A DNA stretch of 62,997 bases, filler included, from Hyphochytrium catenoides (Eukaryota; Protista; Hyphochytriomycota): assembly GCA_900088475.1 (NCBI GenBank). It is 11 parts of 11 records of this genome, joined end to end, with 100 filler letters (N's around TTAATTAATTAA, not from the genome) between each part and the next. Parts side by side here need not be neighbours in the genome. Positions count along the whole stretch, not along the records: positions 36,330 to 41,103 come from FLMG01000422.1; positions 41,204 to 45,210 come from FLMG01002284.1; positions 45,311 to 53,774 come from FLMG01002841.1; 8 more parts are not named here. One strand, given 5' to 3'. The notes under the pieces are model-generated. The model did not search any database. It was not told the DNA's origin and saw only the letters and a list, made by a program, of their open reading frames with translations. Position 1 is the first letter of the stretch. Every line of letters starts with the position of its first letter. Of this stretch, positions 36,330-49,200 are shown one piece after another. Both the position numbers and the translations under genes were made by a program.

Positions 36330-39300
36330 GCCTTGAGCTGCTTGGCGGAAGCGCTGGTAGCGCCATCAACGGTCTCAGACGTGACATTCCAGACAGAGAT
36401 GGGCTGTCCAAGGAATGATATGAGGTTGCTAGACGTCGTGCCAAGTCCAGACACTCCGTTTTCATTGATGTTCCACTTAAGCCAGTTGAAGTTAAAGAAA
36501 GCCGAGGTACGGCTCCAGTACGGCGTGTAAGGCCTGTATCCAGCATTCCAGGCAGCCTGCATGCTCTGTAACGTGGTCTGCTCCTCCCCACCAGAGTAAC
36601 CAGGATAAGAGCTAGGGTCCAGGAATGAGTACTTTCCGCTAGGTTCCTCTCCTCCCTTGAAATTTCTGATAGGGAACTGGCAATCCAGGATCTTCCCTGT
36701 CTCCAGGCCCGCGGGGCGCCAGAAAATCTGGGCATCTTGAAGGTTTGCGGCTCCTTTATACTGCTTGTCGCAGACGGGATCACGCACGACTCCATCAGGA
36801 CCCCTTCCTCCCATAGAGCAGTACTCTCCGCCTTCCATCTTGCACCAAAGAACTTCAGTTCCCCACTGCATGCCTAGGCCCGGAAGAATCCCAAGCGGAT
36901 AGCCATACTCGTTCATCACAGAGAAGAAGGTGTACATCCCTCCGAAGGCTTGAATGATGCCGATCTGGAAGTAAGCGAAGAAAATTAGCTTCTTAGAGAC
37001 CAGACGGTCAACTGCAGCATTGCGAGGCGGTCTTTTCATGATATCCAGTTCCGCAGGCTCATAAGCAAGAGAAATTGCTGGAGCCATATCTGTCCCAACA
37101 CAGAGGGCAAGCATAAGAGGCGTGGAGAGCGGGACCGGAATCTGCCAAGTGATATACAGAAGGAACGGCACAAGCTCCGGAATGTTGACAGCGAGCGAGT
37201 AAGAGATAGACTTCTTCAGGTTGTCGAAGATTCTTCTGCCTTCCTCAACGCCCAACACAATAGAGGCGAAGTTATCGTCCAGAAGAATCATGTCAGCCGC
37301 TTCCTTGGATACCTAAGGACAGCGAGGAGGGAGGGAAAACGAAGAGAGAGTGTGAGTGTGAGAGGGAAAGAGAAGGATAGAGAGGGATTAAGAGGGAAGA
37401 GGGAGAGGAGAGCGAGAGAAGAGCGCGAGCCGGGATGGGGTGGGGCGAGGAGTTTGAAGGCGGGGAGGGAGCGAGAGAGAGAGCGAGAAAGGAGAAGAGA
37501 AAGACGAATATCGCTTGACGAGGAGCAGTCGCATTGTGATTGCGGGGGTTTTCGCAGACAAACTACAGAGCTTTGCAGCACACACGACAGTTTCCATAGT
37601 CTCTCTCACCTCGGAGCCCTGGATACCCATTGCAATGCCAATGTCAGCCTTCTTAAGAGCAGGAGAGTCATTCACACCGTCTCCCGTAACGCCCACGATC
37701 TCCCCTCTTCTCTGACAGTTTTCCACAATCATAAGCTTCTGCTGAGGAGAGGTACGGGCGAAAACGACTTGTGGATGGTCCAGGATCGTATCCCAATCTT
37801 CGTCCACCATATCAGCAGTCAAGTCCCAACCCGGAACCACGATCGCGCTGGCGGCTTCTGGATCTTGCCAACCCGGCAGACCCTTTTCCAAGTTGTTGGC
37901 AGCATTCTCTTCTTCAATGTCTTCCTTTGTCGGGCCCCAGAGGATACCGACTTGGTGAGCAATGGCCTTTGCAGTGACTGGATGGTCTCCAGTGACCATA
38001 ATGACTCGGATACCGGCGGACTTGCATTTCTCAACAGCTCCAGGGACCTGAGGACGAGGAGGATCGATAAGGGCACCCAAGCCAATGAAACATAGGCCTT
38101 CCTGGATCTTAGGATCCTGAGGAGGTTTGGCCTCAGGGTCAAGCTTCTTCTCTCCCAGAGGGAAGTTCGGGTTGTCGGTGTTGAACACATAGTCTGGGCC
38201 ATACACGGTAGGGTTCAAAGGCTTCTCTGCGAAGCCAAGCACTCTCATTCCTCTCTTAGAGAGATCCAATTGTAGCTTTTCTACCTCTGCGCGTATCTCA
38301 TCGGTCAGAGGGACAACTTCACCCTTGACGAAGATCTAACAAGATGGGAAGAGGAAAGTGAGATGAGGGACTGGTACGTAACGCATCCAACCTGATTCAG
38401 GGTGAGGCGAAGGCTAAGGAAGAGAAGCCATAAGGAGTGGGCGTACATTGCCATATTGGCAAGAGAGGAGAGCAGCAAGAAGAGCAAGTAACATGAAGGC
38501 CAAGAGAAGACGCAGAGGGAAGGTGCCCTCTCCTTACCTCCGTGCAGCGGTCAATAATCCTTTCCGGGGCTCCTTTCATTAGCAAAACGTACTCGTTAGG
38601 GTTCTCTTCCTGCTTGTGGATGGACACCTGGTACTTGTTCTTAGAGTTGAATGGGATCTCCTTGATCTTCTCACAGGCCCGTCGGTACTCAATGATGTCC
38701 CTCTTATCCTGAATGAACTTGATAAGAGCACTCTCGCTAGCATCTCCAATGGTGCTCCAAAGGATTTTCTCTGTCTCAAGACCCTCTCCTAGTGGGACGC
38801 GGCGCTTGAAGGGAAGAGGGTTGCCTCTCTTCTTCTCTCCGTTCTGGGTAAGGACCTCGTACTTGCTTTCCTCATCGAAGACTGCATTGTTGCAGAGTGT
38901 GAAGCAACGCTGGAGCTTCTTGAAGCCCGCGGAAGCCCTGAAGAAGACAGATTATAGGAGATGCACTTTGAGTATCTGAAGACCAATCCAAGAGACAAAA
39001 ATCGAGCGTATGAGCCCAAGTAAAAGCAGTTAGGGTCAAGAGAACAAGGAGAGAGAGAGAGAAGGAGAAATATGAGAAGGACACGGTAATACGAACAGGA
39101 AGTTCTCCAGTCCTTACTTGTCGTAGGTCGCTTTCGGGTTCATGGTCGACTCGCAGTCGAAGGTCTTCAAGTCATAGACGATGTTGGTCACCGTCATTAT
39201 ATTCTGGGTCAGGGTGCCAGTCTTGTCGGAACAGATGCAAGAGGTAGAACCCAGAGTCTGTGGAAGCATTAAGCAGCAGGACGGAAGAAGTCAGCTCTAT

Positions 39301-41103
39301 CTGTTTCTTCCTTGTAGCAGTCACAATGACGACATGTTCCTTACCTCGACACACTGGAGTCCAAAGCGACGCGAGCAGCAATGGAAAAGGACACAGGAGA
39401 AAAGCCAAAGAGTGAACCGGGGGGGCCGGGGCGGAGGTGAGTTTTAATCGACAGGACTGCCAAGGCGAGATGAACAGCTCAAGTGCTTGGTATTGACCAA
39501 CTAAGAGCGCCGCACCGCTTCTCCTCACTGCTAAGGCTAACCTACCCCTTCCTCCCACTTCTTCTTCGTCCACTTTACCTGCAGGTTTTTCACAAGGACG
39601 CTCTTCTTCGCCATCCGTCCAGCAGCAAGGGTTAGAGACACTGTTACTGTCACGGGCAGTCCTTCTGGTACGTTCGCGACAATAATACCAATCATAAAGA
39701 CTAGGTTGTTGATGGTTGGAGTGCCTTGAGCGACTCCTGCAATAAAGAAGCAGATGCCCAGCGTGACAGCGAAGATTGCGATCATGTGCACGAAGTGCTT
39801 GATTTCTCTCTCCAGCGTTGTATCCCCTGACTGCGCCACAGCCAAGCGTGCAATTCTGCCCATAAATGTTGAGTCTCCAACGTTGATGACGAGGGCCGTG
39901 CAGCTGCCCTGAGGGACAAAAGTGCCAAAGAAAACAAGATTCTTCGTCTCGAGAGGGTTCTCATCAGTGCACTCGGGGCTTCTCTTCTGCGGCTCGCTCT
40001 CACCTGGGAAACGCAGATGTCCATGTAGTTAGAGAGGGAGTTAGAGCCAAAGACAAGAGAGGCAAGAGAGAGACCAAAGGACCTTGTAGGCCTTAGCGAA
40101 GGAGACCAAAGCGCTCCACATGCAAGCGTCCAAAAGATATACGAGAGCGCGCAAACAGGGAACGAGAGAGAGAGAGAAAAGGAAGTCGCGCTACCTGTCA
40201 GAGCCGCATTGTCCACCTGCATATCATCAGAACATGAGACGATCCTGGAGTCAGCTGGAATCTTGTCTCCAGCCTTCAGTTGGATCAGGTCACCGCGAAC
40301 TAGGTTCACAGCATCCATCTTCTGCGCCTGTCCGTCTCTAATAACCGTGATCATAGTAGGCATCATATTCTTGAAAGACTCCATCAGAGAGGAAGACTTC
40401 GAGTTCTGAAAGTACGAGAAGGTGCCTGTTGAACGTGGAGAGGGGAGAAAGAAAGTTAAGGAGTTGAGATGGGGAGGAGTGAGTTAGAGAGAGAGAGACA
40501 GACAGAGGGATACGGGACGAAGGGATCTGCGTTGGTCTTGGACAACCCTTGCTTACAGGAAAGATAGAACACCCTGAGAGGAAGAAATAACGAGCTAGAA
40601 AGCATGTAGTCCTCTTTATCAGTTCCCCTTCTCTCCCTTCGACTCCCTCTTCCTCGAAAGTCCGCCTCACCTGAGATGAACACTACCAAGACTAGCACAC
40701 AGCCGAGGTAGAGGTTGGAGTAGTCATGGCTTAGAAGATAAGCAATGAGACAGAGCAGAGCTCCTGCCCACAGGAGAAGGGAGAACAGGCCAGTGAGCTC
40801 TCTCACATACTTCAGCCAAGCAGGGATCTGCTTGGGTGGTGTCAAGCAGTTCTTCCCCTCCAGCTCTGCCCTCCTCAAGGCAGAGTCACTGTTCATGCCC
40901 TGAAGTAAGAGCCAATTAAGACGATAAAGAGAGGTTAGACCGAAGACGGGAAGCCTGCATAGCAGGAAATGCTGGGAAAGATCGCGAGAGCCAAAGAGAC
41001 GAGACCTAGGGAGCAAAGGGAAGTGTGAAGGATCTAATACCGCACATTCTGAGCATCGGTCCCAAGGTCAAGCACCAACTCCTCAATAGTCTTTGTGTGC
41101 TCG
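36330..41103 (-). CDS. P-type ATPase IIC (Na+/K+- or H+/K+-ATPase alpha family), multi-exon, truncated at both contig ends
   Basis: [25 protein letters not shown]|[123 protein letters not shown]. Confidence 0.96.
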
Positions 41104-44100
41104 NNNNNNNNNNNNNNNNNNNNNNNNNNNNNNNNNNNNNNNNNNNNTTAATTAATTAANNNNNNNNNNNNNNNNNNNNNNNNNNNNNNNNNNNNNNNNN
41201 NNNCTGGGAAAGGTATTTGGTGTTATTACACTTTACAATCTGTCAATTTGGCGTAGCACTAATCTTTCTTTCTTTTCCCCTTTCATTTGTTTCGGCGATT
41301 CGTCCTTGTAGGGTTAAGAAGAGTGGTCGCAGGTCCTTCAAGGAACCGCTAGAAAGTCGTGTGAAGAAAGATCTTGGCCTTGGGAGACACATACTGGAAT
41401 TACACCTCCAAATCTAATTCTGCCTTTATTTCTAATGGCGCAGTCTAATGGCCATGATAATTGTGGCGTATTATAAAGCATAATGTATGGTTATATGATT
41501 GCCCACTAATAGGTGAATACCAGCAAATCCTCGTTTTTGGAATAAAAGAATGATGATCTCGTCCTTCTTTCTGGCAGGAGCTTACAAGGACTAGCTTTAA
41601 GCAGCAGGATTGTCCTGATATTCGTAGGCTCATTGTATGGGCCATTGCCGATCGCAACATTTGTCTATTGCAGCGGCCATCGAATCAGACCGCCTGTTGT
41701 TTCTGTTGCCTTTATAAAACATTCACTTCTAATATTTTATTGTCCTTGAACGATCGCATACACAACAATCCAACGGACGGCAACAAAGAACTGCATGATG
41801 CCGCCAATAATAGGGGCTATGAGTTTGCTCCTGCAGTCTCTGGCTTGTGTGTTCTCCTTTCATCCTTGAGGCGGCTTCTCGTCTTGACGTTGTCTATGAG
41901 GGAGGTTGGTGGTCTTCCTCCTCTGTCCTTCCTGGTTGGTCACGCCCTCCCCCGATTTCTTTTGGGTCCTTTTTCTTTCGTCGTGATCTCTTCTAGGTTC
42001 CTGTCTCTGTTTTTTTCTCCGGCGGCAGCATTCCTTCCATCTAGTAGTCAATAAATAATTACTCCAAAGTATAACTTAGTAGACCTCCTCCCATCTCGTT
42101 GTCCCTTACTCCTCTCACCACACTGTTATTATATTCTTTGTGCGCTTGTCCCATCGACGACGACGAGGCCGGGCTCCCGCCTACGGCCTGCTTCTTGCTG
42201 TTCGGTTCCACGACCTATCGGCGAGTACGCGGCTGCTACACTACTACCCTTTTTTAGAAGACCTTGTTGATCTATTATTGACCGCGGCTCCAACCCCGCG
42301 CTGGCTGCTGGAGATGCGCTGCTATCTTCTGCGAACAAACAAAAAGGTGGGAGGAGGGCGCGAACACTACTGCTGCTGGTGGCGCGCAGAGGTAATAGGC
42401 TGGAAGCATGAACATGGTATTGTTGTGTTCATCTTATGAAATAGGCTCATAGGTTGAGGAGGAGTGGTGTGTATGTATATATCCCCTAATTCTGTAGCCC
42501 CTACTCTATTACGGGGGATTTTCACATGCTCATCCCTGCAATTCCATATAAACTACGGAGGAGTGGTAGTATTCTTCTGATGGATTCTGATATGTTATTA
42601 TATTACGACCTGTTATGCTGTGACCTTTCGCATGCAGGAATGACTTATAGTTCAAGGTGGTTTTATGAGTCAGCTATAGTCCCTTTCCCAGCGGCGAGTT
42701 AGGGGAATATCCCGCTGACGGTGACCTCACTGTCCGCTGGCTAGGGGAAACATGCTCCAGCCAATCAGACTAGCCAGGGAGGAAACAGCCAATAAGCGCT
42801 CAGCAGTTAAACCCGCTAACGTACAATAGTTAACGTGAAGAGCTTCTGATTGGCTCCATTGACACGAGTTAGCCAGATTTTCTTAGGGGACTTTCTGGGA
42901 AAAAGCACTCAAACTCCAAATTGGCTACCTTTCTGCCAGAAAGCCTCATTGTCACGCCTTTTGTAGGGTGCATTTCTTAAATTAGAAAATACCGTGGCCA
43001 ACTCTCCCTGTCTGAGAGTTGGCCTACACCTTTTGGTGGTAGGCCCCTCGAAACTTTTGTGGAAAAGGAGCGGACAGAATGGATCTTGTTTGCAAGTGCA
43101 TTGTGCTTGCTCTACATAACTTAGACTTTGAAGCTTTCTCTTTTCTTTCTCTCTTCCCTTTACGAGAGTTGGCCCTCTGACGGATTACCCTAGCTATGAA
43201 TTGGCCGCCCAGGATCACCTTCTTCAAATGTCACAGCAACTCCACCCCAGGAAAATCTTGATGTCGTTAAAGAAGCCGACAACTCTCTTTATGTTGGTCA
43301 GTAGTTCTACTGCAGTGCAGAGAGGACAGGAGAAGACGAGAGAGACACATAATAGCAAAGGCGACGAGCAGCAAGTTCTGCAGAGAAAGAGAGCGAGTCA
43401 GGGAAAGAGAGGAGGAGAGAACAGAGAGAGTAAGTGAGACGAGTCAAGAGGAGGCGACCATCCAGTCAAACAAAGTCTCGATGGCTGACCCCGCGCCTCA
43501 AGAGCCCACAAAATGTTCGAAGGCCGTCAACATGCCATCTCCTTTAGCAGTTAATGTATGTTACTTCTAGAGAGGAGTAACAACAAGAAGAAGATCTCAA
43601 ACTATTATTGCGGAAGAAGGGAGAAGAGACGATCAAGTCTTCGATAAAGAAGAGAAGAGGAAAGAATTGTGATGAAGAAACGGAAGAGGAACTGGATTAA
43701 AAACGACAAAGCGAAGAGATGACGAAGATTATAATACTTACGAGGTGTTACCCAGAAAATGAGACAGAGGAGGCAGCACCGCCGCTCGTTAGGGGTAGAG
43801 GTTGTTGCTGTCGGACTCAGCAAAAGCCGAACCTGGACTTCGTGTCGTGCAAAGGAAAAGAGTACGGACCATGGAAGAGTCAGCAGGAATATAATACGAA
43901 ATAGACAGTGTTCCTCCTAGTTCATAGCCGTAAGAAGGATGACGTCTAAGGGTAGAAGACCAGCGTACGGGGAGACAAAGACTGCAGCAACGAGAGAGGC
44001 AAGGTCTGCTGCTTGTCATCTAGTTAAAGAGATCAACCTTTGGAATGTCTTTCCACATCAGCCGTCGTAAATCACGCCATAGACCACCCGCTCCTCACTC

Positions 44101-45310
44101 CTCATCGGAAAGCGCTGGCAGAATGGCTTACAAATTCTTATTAGCTATCTCGATGGCTAACATGATGATGGAGCCAAGATGGGCCGCCTCTGACGGCACC
44201 TCGACCCACGGGCGATCCACTTCCTCTCCTCATAAAGGGCATAGAATAGAGCTCTGTCGAGGGACGAAGCAGACCATCAAGCAAGTAGTAAAGTCCCGCG
44301 CCTGCGCCTCTGAATTATTGGAGACTGAAGACCGCCGTGGACCGATATCTAGTGTGATGCTATCGCCTCCATTTTCTATAATAAGGGGCTGAATCTCTCC
44401 TGTTATCACCTTCTTCTCTCTCTCTCTCTGTGTGTGTCTCTGTCTCTCTCTCTCTGTCTCTCTCGGAAGATAGATAGACAAGACGTCTTCCTTGATCAGG
44501 CCAGCTTCAGGGCTTCAGGATGGCGACGTGCCGGCAGAAAGGAGAAGAAGAAGAGACAGAGTCGAGCGGGAGAGAGGGAGAACTCAGGGAAGCTGATGAG
44601 GAAGGCAGCTATTACTCGTAGAACTTCTATTCAGGAAAGGAAAGGGGCCTCGCCTCATCAATCAGGAGAGAGATAGAAAGAGCGAGGAGACAGAGAGGAA
44701 AAGGAAGATGAGAGAGAGAGGGAGAGAGAAAGAGAGAAAAGAGAAAAGAGAAAGAGCTGGTTGGAGAGAACCACAACAAGGCATCCACATCATGGCTGTG
44801 TCTATCTAGGGAAAGCCAGGCCGAATTCAACAACCAAAACCCTTCTCCTCCACAGCCCTAGGCCAAAATATCTCACATGTCCTAAAAGAGACATGCAATT
44901 ACCGATAATATTGGTTCAAGGAGGATTCCAAACGAGGATACTAGTAACATCTGCCACGAGAGAAGCTAAAAAGTCAGAGCTATTGCGGAATGCCGAGGAT
45001 AGTAGCCCATTTCGTGGAATTCAGTTAAACTCGGACTGCTTGCTTTGTTTTCTCTCTCTCTGTCGATGATAAGCTGTCTGTCTCTCTTCTTATTCCTTCG
45101 CCTCCTCTTTCTTTCTTAGGTCAAAACCTTTTCTGTTTGTCTGGCTCTCTTTCTGACTCGCTTCCCCTACCTCCCCGCATCCCCCCTCCCTCTCTCTCTC
45201 TCTCTCTCTCNNNNNNNNNNNNNNNNNNNNNNNNNNNNNNNNNNNNNNNNNNNNTTAATTAATTAANNNNNNNNNNNNNNNNNNNNNNNNNNNNNNNNNN
45301 NNNNNNNNNN

Positions 45311-45789
45311 CACTTGCCGTGAGAGAATGACGTTTGTCTCTCTCTTTATCTTACTGATCTCGCCTAGAGCGGCAATCCTACTGTTTACGTCTTCTGGCTC
45401 GTTCTCTTTAAGCTTGTCTTTAGGCGTGTTTCCGGCGCTCACTTCTATCCCTTCCATCTCCGGAGCCATCTCCATTTTGTTGACGCTCTCGATAGAACTC
45501 TGTCTGCCATCCTTCACTGGCTCTAACTGATCTTTCTGCGGCTTCTTCCCCGGTCCAGGTTTGGACTATTGATCATGGGGTAAAGTAAAGCGAAGGCAGG
45601 AAAGAAGGAGAGAAGCAGGAAAGAGAGAGCGAGAGAGAGCGAGAGAGTAAGCAGAGACAGAGACAGAAGGAGAGAGAGAGAGAGAGGATTACGCATTCGC
45701 CCACTATTAGCATAACTGTCTCCATTCTCAACTCCTCTGGACTTGCTCCCATCCTGAGAGTTGTCTATGCTTCTTTCTTCTCTTTCCAT
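45311..45789 (-). CDS. Probable 5' exons of an unknown hydrophilic protein, cut by contig end
   Basis: MEREERSIDNSQDG.. followed by a GTAATC donor and a CT-rich intron, then an open exon (..MEMAPEMEGIEVSAGNTPKDKLKENEPE..). Confidence 0.35.
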
Positions 45790-46297
45790 CTATATGCCTC
45801 TACGCCCATACTCAGTCCCAGTGCTTACATTAAGCTCCTCCTCTAGCTTGGGCTGGCTAGCCTCCCGCGCCTGTCTGGTCTCCACCTCTTTGCAAAGCTT
45901 CTGATTGAGGCTTGAGAGCTCCTCCTTGGCGGCTGCCACTTCCCTAGCGTTTCACAAGGATACGATGTTATATGGTTGAAGAGTAAAAACGAGAGACGGC
46001 TAGTTGCGGTGAGATAGGACGAGTTAAGGATGAAAGATAGTGGCAGTAGATGGCTAAGGTTTCCCCACTTTGACCCAGCTTTCTCTGCTTCTGAAAGTGA
46101 CTCAAGTCCGCTAATATCATCCTTTGTTACCTCCATCTTTGCTTACTCTAAAGTCATCATGCACTGTTCTCTTTGCGTGTCTCGCTCTCCTCTATTTTCT
46201 CTCCTGAACTCCACAAGTCTCTTGATGACACCTCTCTCTCTCTCTCTCCCTTGTCATCCGTCTTTTCTGTCTCTCTCTCTGTGGCTGTGTAGTCCAC

Positions 46298-49200
46298 CTA
46301 CTTCTCAAGCCCAACGGTCCGCGCTACTTGGGCTGCTAACTGCGTTCTGCACCGCCTTAACTCAAACCTCAACCGCCCATTCTGATGCTCCAAATCGTCA
46401 GACTTCAGGCGTAAGACCAAGTTCTCGCGGGTCCACTAGCCGAGCAAGGGAAAGATATGTTTGTGTGTGAGAAAGAGAGAGAAAAGAGAGGAAAAGGGCA
46501 ATAAAGAGAAGTGCTAATAGCAGCAGTCTTTGGCATAAACAAGTGCTAACGCTGAAAAGGAGGAATGCTAAAGATAAGCATTTTGAAAGGGAAAGACGAC
46601 TGAACTCAAAGAAAGTCAAGCAAGGACCAGCCGGCAACCACTAGATAGAAGACCAAAGAGTGTTAAGCGGGACAGGGAGAGAGAGAGTGAGAACTAGAAG
46701 GAGAGAGAGTCACGGGAGGCTTACCTCTTCTGACTCGCGATCAAACTCCTGCTGGAGGTTCAGATGGAGCTGCTTCGCCACATCTAGCTCAGCGCCAAGC
46801 TTCTGGCACTGAGGCAAAGATATGGTAGAAGATGGTCAGGATAGACGTTCGAAGCGTACAACGGACATTGCATAAGGAGGTTAACACAGAGAGAGCAGCT
46901 ACGAGGATGAAGAGAGAGCAGCTACGAGGATGAAGAGAGGGCTGAGTTCGCCTTGCCTTAGCTGTCTCCTCCGCCAGCTGTTGATGCGCTCTATGCAGTG
47001 AAAGTCTTGGATCCGTGGACGTGTCTGGGGCAATATCTTGGGATTGTCTGAGATGGTCAGCCGCCTATGGACCACGATCATCAGCGAGAAAAGAAGTTAT
47101 GAGGACTGGTTAGCCTGACGGCAACCGTCATCGTTCTTTTTCTATTCATATCTTACGCCTCACCTCGGTAATTAACTGGTAGAGCTGATCCATCCATTGA
47201 CTGGCAGCTGGTCCGAGAAGCTCTGGATCACGACGCCGCACGGACTCCTGCTGCAGTGTCTGCAGAATCTAGGGGGACCCGGTGAGCAAAGGATCAAGTG
47301 AATCAGAAGGAGGCGATCCTCAAAAGAAGCTGGAAGAGAGAGATTTGTAAGAGAGAGCGGACGGCAATGGAACGAGTGAGAGTAGGGAAGAGCTGCTTTC
47401 CGGTAGCTTTGCTTCTTTACCTTAAATGCCAGTGTGACATGGTAGACGGTGCTGGGCTGGGAAGAACGGTGTGGAGAAGACGTGTGTCCTCCCACGCTTC
47501 CGCTGGTTTGAGACAAGGACGTTTGTTGCTTCGTCTGCCGGTCTTCCTTGTCTCCAACTTGCTTGTCCTCGACCTCTCGCGCGTCCCAGTCATTCACGGT
47601 GTTGAGGATATCCTCGCTGGAGATGCTGGGTTGCCTTTCTTCTTTGCTGGTTTCTCCCTCTCTTCCCTCGTTCGTTTTCCCACCGCATTCCTCTTCATCT
47701 TTCTCTGTCTCTTCGTTTCTGCTAGCTCTAACAACGGGTCTACTGACAGTGATTTGAGAAGGAAGAGGGGGAGGACGAGGTGGAGGAGGAATAGGCCTGG
47801 ACGTAAGAGGCACGCTTTCTCTTGGAGCTTCTAGTGGTCTTTCGTCTTTCCCATCTTTAGGCAGCTGAGGGAAGAGAGCGATGGGCTTCTCTATGTTCAA
47901 AAGTCTCCGTTCTGCCTCTTTATGGTCTGAAGTCTCCTCTACTTTCTCTCCAGTCAGGGTGAGATCTGGGGGTCTGATTCTCCTTCCTCCCCCCACCTCT
48001 TCCTGACCTGACCTCCAACGCTGAGCGGTAACGTGCACGGCGTGACTGACAAAAGAAGATGAGGAAGATCCAGGGAAGGGATCAGTGGAAGAGGAGGTGT
48101 CTGCTCTCATCCCTTTGTTCGCCTGGCTGCCATTGGCCTCCGATGGCTCTAATGCGGGGGAGAGCCTATTGCGTTTTAATTAGAGGAAGGAAGGGTTGAG
48201 CGGCATTGTTAGGCGCAAACGATGTAAATGCACGTAGATAGTATTCGCCTNNNNNNNNNNNNNNNNNNNNNNNNNNNNNNNNNNNNNNNNNNNNNNNNNN
48301 NNNNNNNNNNNNNNNNNNNNNNNNNNNNNNNNNNNNNNNNNNNNNNNNNNNNNNNNAGAGAGAGAGAGAGAGAGAGAGAAAGGAGAGAAATAGAGAGAGA
48401 GAAAGGATAGAACCCACGTTTGATAAGATCTACGCCTTGTATGGAGATAGTATATTATGTTTGCTCTTCACCTTACCTTCTCCCCTCCTGGACCGCGGGG
48501 GTTGGAGTCTTGGCGTCATCTGTGGCGCTCTGTCTGTCCTCTTTCGGTGAAATATCGTTCGTATTTTCCTCTGCTTTCTCTTCCTCAAGGACGTCCTCTC
48601 CTTCAGTGAAGAATCTCTGTTTCCTAGTTCTATTCACGGGCGTGCTGTCCATAGTTTGAAGCCGTACATCATCTCGAATCTCCTGAAGGCGAGGACGGAG
48701 TTCTCTGTCTGTCTTCTCCTGGAGAGAGAAGGAGAGTATACGGGACGCCGGTGAGAAGGATATGTGGAAGTGCATTGAACGCGAGTGAGCGACTAGAAAG
48801 GGAGTTCTAGAAGACTTGGAGGTTAAGAAAATGAGAGCATATAGAGAGAGAGAGAGAGAGAGACAGAGAGAGAGACACAGGGAAGAGGAATAGAGAGGAC
48901 GAACGTTAAATAACATGAAGGATAAACAGCCTGAAGGGCCGCGACCATGAGAGAGAGTAAAGACACATCCATAGCCACAGGAAGAAAAAGAGAGGAAAGG
49001 GATACAGCCGCAAGCCCCTTACGCGCTCCTGGGGATTGGCCCAAAACTTCGCTGAATGGACTGCAGGAGATTGTGGTTTGCCCTCGCCATTCCTCAGCGT
49101 CCTTGAGTGTAGATAGTCTGGAAGAGAAGGGATCTGCTCTGTGTTCACCTCCATGGCACTGAAACACAGCCAGCCAGCCAGGAGTGAATATCAGAACGCA

